Part shown: in pieces, positions 18,102 through 25,282 of the stretch
How positions within the stretch are numbered: position 1 is the stretch's first letter
Layout: the number at the start of each line of letters is the position of its first letter
From: Thermomicrobiales bacterium
Lineage (GTDB): Bacteria; Chloroflexota; Chloroflexia; Thermomicrobiales; CFX8
Direction: 5' to 3'
Length of the DNA: 64,000 nt
Assembly: GCA_041390865.1 (NCBI GenBank)
Contig: JAWKPC010000003.1
Location: forward strand, 342,484 to 406,483
Translations under genes and position numbers: made by a program
The notes under the pieces: model-generated
What the model saw: the letters and a program-made list of their open reading frames with translations, nothing else
The model's database searches: none
Told to the model about the DNA's origin: nothing

Positions 18102-19427
18102 ATGGCAAGCGCGCTCGAACGGCTAAGCGTTTCCCGTTCGACCTTCTTCAACCATGCCTGGATCTATAGTGGAATCGCGATCGTCCTGCTCGGGATGGTG
18201 CTGCGCGAGCGTGCGGTGACGCTGCTCGGAATCGTGCCGCTCGTCACCGCCGGCGGATCGTGGCTCTGGGCGCGATATTCCCTAACAAACGTCGAATACT
18301 TTCGCGAGCTCTCCGAACAGCGGGTGTTCGCGGGCGACAAGGTGAAGCTCCACATCAAAGTAACCAACCGCAAGCTCCTGCCGCTCGCGTCACTGGAGAT
18401 CGAAGACAGCATCGCCGACCGCTTGCGTGTCCTGGAGCGGGAGATCGTGCCGAGCGGCACGACCGGCGTCGCCGTTCTGCGCATCACCACCGCGATGCGG
18501 TGGTTCGAGCGGGTGACCTGGAACCTCACGATCGAGTGCCCGGCGCGAGGATACTTCCCGGTCGGCCCGGTCGATCTGCGCTCTTCCGATGCCTTCGGAT
18601 TCTTCCAGCAGCGGGAGCGCATTCCGGGCGTCGACCACATCACCGTGTTCCCAGCCATCGCCGACCTCGACCGCATCATCGTTCCCGCCCGGCACCTCTT
18701 CGGCGAGCAGAAGATTCAGCGGCCGATCATTACCGACCCGATGCGGACGATCGGTATCCGGGACTATCGACCGGAGGATTCGTTTCGCCACATTCACTGG
18801 AAAGCGACGGCCAGAGCCCAGTCGCTCCAGACGAAGATCTTCGAGCCGACGACCTCGATCCAGTTCGGCATCTTTCTCAACCTCGACACGTTCGAACGCT
18901 ACTGGGAGGGGCTTGATTTCGACCGCGCAGAGGGAGCGATCGTCACCGCCGCGACAATCGCCGCTCAGGCGGTCGAGGCCGATCACATGGTCGGGATGTA
19001 CGCCAACGGCGTCGTTGGCGGGTCGGACCAGGCGTTGCGGGTACGTCCAAGCCGGGACGACCGGCAGCTCGAGCAGATTCTCACCGGGCTGGCCAAGCTC
19101 TCGCCGATCGCATCGCTTGATTACGCGGCCATCGTCCGGGCCGAGACCTCGCGCTTCCCGATCGGCAGCACCGTCGTCCTGGTCACGGCGATCATGACCG
19201 AGCGGCTGAGAGCCGTGCTAGACGGCCTGCTGCGGGCGAATCACCGTGTCGTCATCGTGACAATCGGCGAAGTAGATATCCCCCGCCATCCCCGTATCGA
19301 GATCTTCCCGGTCGATCTGCGCGGTCTGGAGGCGTATATCCCGGAGCATCATCACTACGCAGTGCGAATGTCGAACATGCCGATTCCACCGCTCGACCCG
19401 ATATCGGAGCCTGCCGATGTCCACTGA
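18102..19427 (+). CDS. DUF58 domain protein
   Basis: RDYRPEDSFRHIHWKATAR signature, two N-terminal TM segments, and a start 8 nt after the MoxR stop. Confidence 0.85.
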   Translation: MASALERLSVSRSTFFNHAWIYSGIAIVLLGMVLRERAVTLLGIVPLVTAGGSWLWARYSLTNVEYFRELSEQRVFAGDKVKLHIKVTNRKLLPLASLEIEDSIADRLRVLEREIVPSGTTGVAVLRITTAMRWFERVTWNLTIECPARGYFPVGPVDLRSSDAFGFFQQRERIPGVDHITVFPAIADLDRIIVPARHLFGEQKIQRPIITDPMRTIGIRDYRPEDSFRHIHWKATARAQSLQTKIFEPTTSIQFGIFLNLDTFERYWEGLDFDRAEGAIVTAATIAAQAVEADHMVGMYANGVVGGSDQALRVRPSRDDRQLEQILTGLAKLSPIASLDYAAIVRAETSRFPIGSTVVLVTAIMTERLRAVLDGLLRANHRVVIVTIGEVDIPRHPRIEIFPVDLRGLEAYIPEHHHYAVRMSNMPIPPLDPISEPADVH

Positions 19428-20925
19428 GGTAGCAGATCCGCAGGAGCCGAGAACCCAGATCCCCGTCTCATTCATCGACGTCCTCCGCCGTCTCGAATGG
19501 CGGGCAGAGCTGCTCTCGATCGCGATCATTCTGGCCGAAGTATCGGTCGTCTGGATCGCTTACGGGTTAATGATGGCCGAGACCGAGACGCGAAATGCCT
19601 ATCCCTACTGGGTCATCGCGTTTGTGATGCTCGCGGCACATTATGTCATCCACCTGCTCGACCGGGCGCGCGTCTGGAGTCCCGACTACGAAATCATCAT
19701 GTCGGTCTCCGTCCTTATCACCTTGTTGGTCGCGGTCAAAGCCGCGAGCTTTCCGTCGATCCCGATCTATGATCCGGATTGGATCGTCGAAGCGATCAAC
19801 GGGCTCGCCTTCTTCCCGACCGAGCAGGCGCGTCCCGTCTGGGGCAACGTCGTCCTGATCATCTATGCCTGGTTCCGCGGCCGTTCCCGGGAGGAGCCAT
19901 CGCTCGACAGCGCCTACGTCATGTTCCGCTGGGGCACGTTGGCGCTCGGGCTCATCCTGACGCTGGTGCTGATCGGCGCGCCCGAAGACCTAGAGATCCG
20001 GGGAGACCTCAGCCTGGGCACGCTGGCGTTCTTCGGCTTCTCGCTCGCGGCCATCGGATTCGCCCGGATGCGGCTCGAGAGTTTCCGCGCCACGACTCCG
20101 CTCGGGCCGCGCTGGCTCGCCACATTCGCGACGCCCGTTCTCGGGATACTTCTGGCCGCCGTCATCGCGGCTGGAATCTTCTCGCGGACATTCCTCGACA
20201 CCGTCCTCTGGGTGCTCTCGCCGATCTTCTTCGTCCTCGGCGTCGTCTTCCAGATCATCGTCCTGGCGATCGCGATCATCGCGTTCCTGATCCTGACGCC
20301 GATCTTCTGGCTCCTCGGCGATGTTGAGCCCGAAGCCGCCAATGCGACGGCGACGGCAACCGGCGATCTCGGTCCAACGGTGCTCGAACAACCGCCGAAC
20401 GACGCGTTCACGATCCCGGAGCCGCTGCAATATCTGATCGCCGCCATCGTCCTCGTCGTCATCGTGACGATCCTGACCCGGTACCTCTTCCGGCGCAGGG
20501 CACGAAAACGTCCGGACTCGATCGAAGAGCGCGAGTCGGTCATGGAATGGGGCAATCTCTTCGGATCGCTCGGCAGCCAGCTGCGATCGCTGTTCGACCG
20601 CGAGGCTGAAGCCGACCCCTACGCCGGATTGCGCGGCGACGATCGCTGGCGGCACACGATCACCGTTCGAGAGCGATACCGCGATTTGCAGAAACGGGGA
20701 GACGATCTGGGCCGGGCCCGGAATCGCCGCGAGACGGCCGAGGAATACCGGCCAATCATCGCCAGCCGGTTCGAGACGGCGGTCCGCCCGACCGTGAACC
20801 GGATGACGGCAACCTACCGGCGGGTCCGCTACAGCGGCGTCCCGGCTTCCGAGCAGGATGCGGACCAGATGAATCAGGGCTGGAACGATCTCAAAGACGC
20901 TTCCAGCAACGAACCGGCGAGTTGA
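19417..20925 (+). CDS. Polytopic membrane protein with C-terminal DUF4129-like domain (TgpA-like scaffold without a transglutaminase core)
   Basis: Multiple TM segments. The cytoplasmic tail reads ETAEEYRPIIASRF...ATYRRVRYSG. The protein has no cysteine, so there is no Cys-His-Asp transglutaminase triad. It overlaps DUF58 by 11 nt. Confidence 0.7.
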   Translation: MSTEVADPQEPRTQIPVSFIDVLRRLEWRAELLSIAIILAEVSVVWIAYGLMMAETETRNAYPYWVIAFVMLAAHYVIHLLDRARVWSPDYEIIMSVSVLITLLVAVKAASFPSIPIYDPDWIVEAINGLAFFPTEQARPVWGNVVLIIYAWFRGRSREEPSLDSAYVMFRWGTLALGLILTLVLIGAPEDLEIRGDLSLGTLAFFGFSLAAIGFARMRLESFRATTPLGPRWLATFATPVLGILLAAVIAAGIFSRTFLDTVLWVLSPIFFVLGVVFQIIVLAIAIIAFLILTPIFWLLGDVEPEAANATATATGDLGPTVLEQPPNDAFTIPEPLQYLIAAIVLVVIVTILTRYLFRRRARKRPDSIEERESVMEWGNLFGSLGSQLRSLFDREAEADPYAGLRGDDRWRHTITVRERYRDLQKRGDDLGRARNRRETAEEYRPIIASRFETAVRPTVNRMTATYRRVRYSGVPASEQDADQMNQGWNDLKDASSNEPAS

Positions 20926-22112
20926 TGGCGTCGTCCCCGGGCTCGCTCCCGGTGCCCCTTCCGGCAGACGCCGCACCCGGGTGCTACGTCCATATCCCGT
21001 TCTGCCGCTATATCTGCCCCTATTGCGATTTCAACGTCTACGCCGGGCAGTCCGATCTGATCCCCGCCTATGTCGAAGGTCTCGAACGGGAGCTGGCGCT
21101 GCTCGCTGCGGCCGACCGGTACGCCGGCGAGGTTGCCACCGTGTTTATCGGAGGAGGAACGCCATCACTGCTCGACCCGTCGCAGATTGGACGGATCGTT
21201 GAAACGATCCATCGGACGCTGGGAATCGCTTCCGGCGCCGAGATCACGATGGAGAGCAACCCTGACAACCTGGATGAGAACTACTGCCGGGGATTGATCG
21301 GCGCTGGCATCAATCGCCTGTCGATCGGCGTCCAGTCGATGCAGCAGCCCGGACTGAAGGTCCTGGGCCGGCTGCACGGGGCCGAAGGAGCGGAGCGCGC
21401 GTTCCGGGCCGCGCGATCGGCAGGGTTCAACAATATCAGCCTCGATTTCATCTATGGCTGGCCCGGGCAAACCAGAGAGCAGTTGACCAGCGACATCGAC
21501 ACGCTGCTTGAATGGGAGATCGAGCATGTCTCTCTCTACGCCCTGATCGTCGAGCAGGGCACGCCGATGTCGACCGCCGTCCGCCGGGGACAGCTCCATC
21601 CAGTCGACGACGACACCGTCGCCGCCTACTACGACTATGCCGTCGAGCGGCTGGCGAACGCAGGCTGGGAACACTATGAGATCTCGAACTGGGCAAGAAC
21701 GCCGGAGCATCGATCGATTCACAACCAGATTTACTGGCAGAACGGCCACTACTACGGCGTCGGGGCCGGCGCTCACAGCTATCTCGGCGATATCCGGGCG
21801 AGCAACATCCGGCTGCCGGTGCGCTACGTCGAAGCGGTCTCAAACGGGACGATACCGATCGCGACGAGCGAGATGATCGGCTCGGCTCTCGAGATGGGTG
21901 AGACGATGATGCTCGGTCTCCGCCTTCTGCAGGACGGCGTCTCGGCGTCGGACTTCCAGCGACGCCATGGCATCGCTCTCAGCGAGCGATACGGCGCGTT
22001 GATCGACCGCTTCATTGAGATGGGACTGCTGGTGGCCGAAGGCGGCCGGATCAGGCTCAGTCCAAGTGGGGCTATGGTCTCGAACAGCGTTCTCGCCGAA
22101 TTCCTCCCCTGA
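20922..22112 (+). CDS. hemW: Radical SAM heme chaperone HemW (HemN-like, oxygen-independent coproporphyrinogen oxidase family)
   Basis: YVHIPFCRYICPYCDFN carries the CxxxCxxC cluster motif. 396 aa. It overlaps the upstream gene by 4 nt. Confidence 0.85.
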   Translation: MMASSPGSLPVPLPADAAPGCYVHIPFCRYICPYCDFNVYAGQSDLIPAYVEGLERELALLAAADRYAGEVATVFIGGGTPSLLDPSQIGRIVETIHRTLGIASGAEITMESNPDNLDENYCRGLIGAGINRLSIGVQSMQQPGLKVLGRLHGAEGAERAFRAARSAGFNNISLDFIYGWPGQTREQLTSDIDTLLEWEIEHVSLYALIVEQGTPMSTAVRRGQLHPVDDDTVAAYYDYAVERLANAGWEHYEISNWARTPEHRSIHNQIYWQNGHYYGVGAGAHSYLGDIRASNIRLPVRYVEAVSNGTIPIATSEMIGSALEMGETMMLGLRLLQDGVSASDFQRRHGIALSERYGALIDRFIEMGLLVAEGGRIRLSPSGAMVSNSVLAEFLP

Positions 22113-22123
22113 GCAGAGAGAAA

Positions 22124-22148
22124 CCCCGCCCGGCAGAGCCGGGCGGGG
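22124..22148. terminator. Bidirectional hairpin between convergent hemW and rplY
   Basis: ccccgcccgg cagag ccgggcgggg forms a 10-bp GC stem with a 5-nt loop. T-rich flanks are present on both strands. Confidence 0.7.
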
Positions 22149-22178
22149 TTATTCACAAATGAGCATTGAAGCGAAGGG

Positions 22179-22847
22179 CTACTCTTCTTCGTCTGCCTCG
22201 CCGGCAGCTTCCTCACCCTCTTCGCCCTCTTCACCTTCAACGATTTCGCCTTCTTCGCCCTCGAGCTCCTCGTCAGTCTCTTCTTCCTCGAGCTCGATGC
22301 GAACCTCCATGAGCCGGACAATCGGCTCTTCTTCGTCGGTGATCAGATCGACGCCGTCCGGCATCGTCAGATCGGAGACCCAGACGGTGTCGTCGATCTC
22401 AACGAGATTCGAGACGTCGACCTCGATCGCGCCCGGGATGTCGGTCGGCAGTCCTTCGACGTCGACCGACTCACGGAGCTGGGTAACGACGCCGTCGAGG
22501 TTCGGCGATTCACCGATGATGATGACCGGGATCGAAGCGGACATGCTGACCAGGAGATTCGGCGCGAATAGCTCGGCATGCAGCGGCACGCGGGTAACCG
22601 GATCTTGCTGGACGTTCCGGATGTAGACAGTGTGCGTGTCGCCATCCAGTTCGACGTCAATGAGCGAGATGTTCCCGTAGTCGATGTAGGTCCGGTACAG
22701 TTCGCGTCCATCGAGCGTGACGGAAATCGGCTCCTCGACAAGTGTGCCGTAGATGACGCCGGGGACTTTCCCCTCGCGGCGCAATACCTTGACGCGCTTG
22801 CCGATAATCGTTCGTTCTTCTGCTGTTAGCGTTGGTCGATCTGGCAT
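22179..22847 (-). CDS. rplY: 50S ribosomal protein L25/Ctc with acidic C-terminal tail
   Basis: LTAEERTIIGKRVKVLRREGKVPGVIYG at the N-terminus. Start taken at MPDRPTL (22847). The tail is EEEETDEELEGEEGE... Confidence 0.85.
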   Translation of the reverse strand: MPDRPTLTAEERTIIGKRVKVLRREGKVPGVIYGTLVEEPISVTLDGRELYRTYIDYGNISLIDVELDGDTHTVYIRNVQQDPVTRVPLHAELFAPNLLVSMSASIPVIIIGESPNLDGVVTQLRESVDVEGLPTDIPGAIEVDVSNLVEIDDTVWVSDLTMPDGVDLITDEEEPIVRLMEVRIELEEEETDEELEGEEGEIVEGEEGEEGEEAAGEADEEE

Positions 22848-23043
22848 CTGCCTATCTGCCTCCCTGGACCATTCGGCGCGGATGCACGCAGAGCGTGACT
22901 TGAGGCGGTCACTCGACCGCCCAACGGCTGACTTTATCAGATTCACGCTATTTGCGTCGTCCGGGGAGCCTGCGAGTCTGCCCCGCATGGTTGTGAAAAA
23001 GGGCCTGATGACCGGCCCGATCTCTTAGATATGAGCGGCGGAA

Positions 23044-23115
23044 TATGGTCCTATTCACCATGATTTTCGTCACGTCCTAACCCATACGGGACCATGTTCT
23101 CATGGTCCTAATCAC
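23044..23115. promoter_or_regulatory. Candidate MarR operator(s): repeated ATGGTCCTAWTCAC and a perfect palindrome
   Basis: The 14-mers atggtcctattcac (23045-58) and atggtcctaatcac (23102-15) differ at one position. ggaccatg-ttct-catggtcc (23089-23108) is a perfect 8-bp inverted repeat. The site lies 80-150 nt upstream of the marR-type gene in a low-GC spacer. Confidence 0.4.
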
Positions 23116-23194
23116 TCGTTCGCTCCTACACTGTCGAAGATAGGTTGAGCCACCGACCTCAAGATCGAAACCCAAACGCCTGGAGGGACGTCAG

Positions 23195-23704
23195 ATGCCG
23201 GGAGGCAGCCAACTGAGCCATAACGGAGCCACCTTGCAGTCGCCTAATCGAGCGGAAATGATGGATCACTCCGTCGAAATTGAAGAGCTTGCTGAACTAT
23301 TGCGCGAGACGGTCGTCCGCCTGCAGCCTTCGTCCGAAGAGATTTCCGCCGCCTGGTCGACGGCACAGGTCACCATGCAACAACTACGAATCATGACCAT
23401 CCTTTACCACGATGGTCCCACGAAGGTCTCTGATCTCGCGGTTCGCCTGAGCGTATCGACCCCGACGATCACCGGAATCCTCGATCGGCTTGTACGCCAA
23501 CGCCTGTCGTTCCGGATGAGCGATCACCGCGATCGACGCGTCGTTCTCAATAACCTGACCCAGGACGGACGCGATCTCGTCGAGCGCCTGCTTCCAGCCC
23601 ACGGCAGCCAGGCTGAAGTCGCCCTCGGACGCCTCAACGCGAACGAGCGAAACCAGCTGACCGAATCATTGCGGGCACTCCTGCGCGCAATGCCATCTAC
23701 CTGA
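23195..23704 (+). CDS. MarR-family transcriptional regulator
   Basis: Winged-helix region with QLRIMTILYHDGPTKVSDLAVRLSVSTPTITGILDRLVRQ and DRRVV. GGAGGG RBS upstream. Confidence 0.85.
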   Translation: MPGGSQLSHNGATLQSPNRAEMMDHSVEIEELAELLRETVVRLQPSSEEISAAWSTAQVTMQQLRIMTILYHDGPTKVSDLAVRLSVSTPTITGILDRLVRQRLSFRMSDHRDRRVVLNNLTQDGRDLVERLLPAHGSQAEVALGRLNANERNQLTESLRALLRAMPST

Positions 23705-23720
23705 CCGACATCGATTCAGA

Positions 23721-23762
23721 CACCCGGACGGGGGCACGGTCGACCGTGCCCCCGTCCGGGTG
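23721..23762 (+). terminator. Long perfect palindrome after the marR-type gene
   Basis: cacccggacgggggcacggtcgaccgtgcccccgtccgggtg is a 42-nt perfect inverted repeat followed by ttcgctt. Confidence 0.7.
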
Positions 23763-23878
23763 TTCGCTTGCCCCATGTCCGAATCACTGTTGAACCCTGT
23801 TGTCGTTTATACTTGTGTGTTGGTGTCGTCATCCTGGCGACAGCATTGCATTTCGTGCATGAAGGGAGGTGGACTCGT

Positions 23879-24076
23879 TTGCCGCTGAAAGTTGAAGCCC
23901 GAGATCACGAAGCATTCGAACAGCTCATGAGGCGTTTCACTCGCGAACTCCAGTCTTCGGGTATTCTCCGTGAATACCGGAGCAAGCGCCGGTTCGTGAG
24001 CCGAAGCGAGCAGAAGCGCTCGAAAATCCGAAAAGCAGAACACAAGCGTCGACGAAAGGCCGCGAAAGCGTCCTAG
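23879..24076 (+). CDS. rpsU: 30S ribosomal protein S21
   Basis: PLKVEARDHEAFEQLMRRFTRELQSSGILREYRSKRRFVSRSEQKRSKIRKAEHKRRRK. Start set to the in-frame TTG at 23879, preceded by GAAGGGAGG. The upstream part of the track ORF does not look coding. Confidence 0.8.
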   Translation: MPLKVEARDHEAFEQLMRRFTRELQSSGILREYRSKRRFVSRSEQKRSKIRKAEHKRRRKAAKAS

Positions 24077-24132
24077 CCTGCGCTCGTTGTGATAGAGACC
24101 AGAGGGATTACCTATGAAGATCTCTGGTTGCT

Positions 24133-24166
24133 GACGGGGCGATGAATTCGATTCATTCGCCCCGTC
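24133..24166 (+). terminator. Hairpin after rpsU
   Basis: gacggggcgatgaat tcg attcattcgccccgtc forms a stem of about 15 bp with one bulge, followed by gtccttt. Confidence 0.55.
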
Positions 24167-24182
24167 GTCCTTTGGGCTGCAT

Positions 24183-25070
24183 CTATCTCAGAATGAGGGC
24201 GGCCTCCCCGACCTCCGACGGCAGCCCGAGTAGAGCCTCCAGAAAAAACCGCCCGCCCGCCATTGCCCCGATGAACAGCAGAGCACCGATCAAGGCAAAC
24301 GTTGCCGGACGGGCGAGGTCGATCGTACTCAACGCCTGCTGCTCGCTCCTGGTGACGAGCAGGACGAACGGCAGCAGCAACCCCATCACCATCGTCGCAG
24401 CAGATGCCATCAGGAGATAGGTGAGCGGCACCCGCACCGGTAGATCGCTGATGCCGATCAGTGTTGCTGCGACGAACTGCGCTGCCAGAGCTGCGCCAAG
24501 TTCAGGAAGGCCGCTCCAGACCTGCCTGCTTGACGTTGCCCCCGGCTGGAATCCCGTTTGCCCGACCAGAAGCCAGACGAACGTCGCCATCGTCGTGCCG
24601 AGCATGATCCCGGTCGCGGTCCTGACAACATTGAGCGGTTCGTAGAGATGGAATAGTTCAAGGTCCTTCAGAAACGAGTTTGTGCCATCGATCGCCAGCG
24701 GCAAGACCAGCAACACCAGCGCGACGATCACCTTCACGTTCTCGAATCCGGTGCATTGCCAGCGGCCCCGGGCTGCCAGATAACCGGCCGTCATCAGAAA
24801 TCCGCCGTAGATGCCGGTCATCCGAGCGTCGAATGGAAGCCGCGCATCACCGAAGTAGTACGAATGCGTGGACTGCTGGGCGCAGAGACCATGGAGCACG
24901 GCAAGGGATTTGCCCTCGACCGTACCTGGAATCGCCGTGAAGACGGCGAAGGAAACGAACGCGAGAAGCACGAACGCAGCCGGCCAACCGGGACGGGCGA
25001 CCTCTCGAATCTTCGAATAGGTTGTCTCAGCCGGTATCGCCACAGCGGGTGTGCCTGTCCTCGAAGACAC
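24183..25070 (-). CDS. DUF2085-like polytopic membrane protein
   Basis: LHGLCAQQSTHSYYFGDARLPFDARMTGIYGG resembles the DUF2085 core. About 7 TM segments. Confidence 0.65.
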   Translation of the reverse strand: MSSRTGTPAVAIPAETTYSKIREVARPGWPAAFVLLAFVSFAVFTAIPGTVEGKSLAVLHGLCAQQSTHSYYFGDARLPFDARMTGIYGGFLMTAGYLAARGRWQCTGFENVKVIVALVLLVLPLAIDGTNSFLKDLELFHLYEPLNVVRTATGIMLGTTMATFVWLLVGQTGFQPGATSSRQVWSGLPELGAALAAQFVAATLIGISDLPVRVPLTYLLMASAATMVMGLLLPFVLLVTRSEQQALSTIDLARPATFALIGALLFIGAMAGGRFFLEALLGLPSEVGEAALILR

Positions 25071-25282
25071 AGCAATGCAGACGTCAGTATAGCCAACGCC
25101 TCGGACCGGAGATCATCCGAACGATGCGGTGCGGCGTCCATACAGGACTTCCTGGTACGTTGTTCGTACACGGATTATGTTGTTCAATCGTTGCGGGGGA
25201 CAGGGTAGCCGAACCGCTGGGAACACCAGCGACAGGTGTGTTCAGTCGTGTCGAATGCGACCGGACGCGTCAGGGGTAAGGT

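Noticed and set aside
23768-23878. N-terminal 37 codons of the track ORF containing rpsU.
   Set aside because: S21 is about 60-70 aa. The extension is Cys/Val-rich and lies across a probable promoter/leader. A TTG with a strong GGGAGG RBS at 23879 gives the canonical length.
25190-25282. Possible cyclic-di-AMP (ydaO-type) riboswitch upstream of the amidase. GCGGGGGAC, CCGAACC and GGGGTAAGG resemble conserved ydaO blocks, and the gene class fits.
   Set aside because: The blocks occur in the wrong order relative to the ydaO consensus as I remember it. GGGGTAAGG is better explained as the amidase ribosome-binding site. This would need cmsearch (RF00379) to revive.
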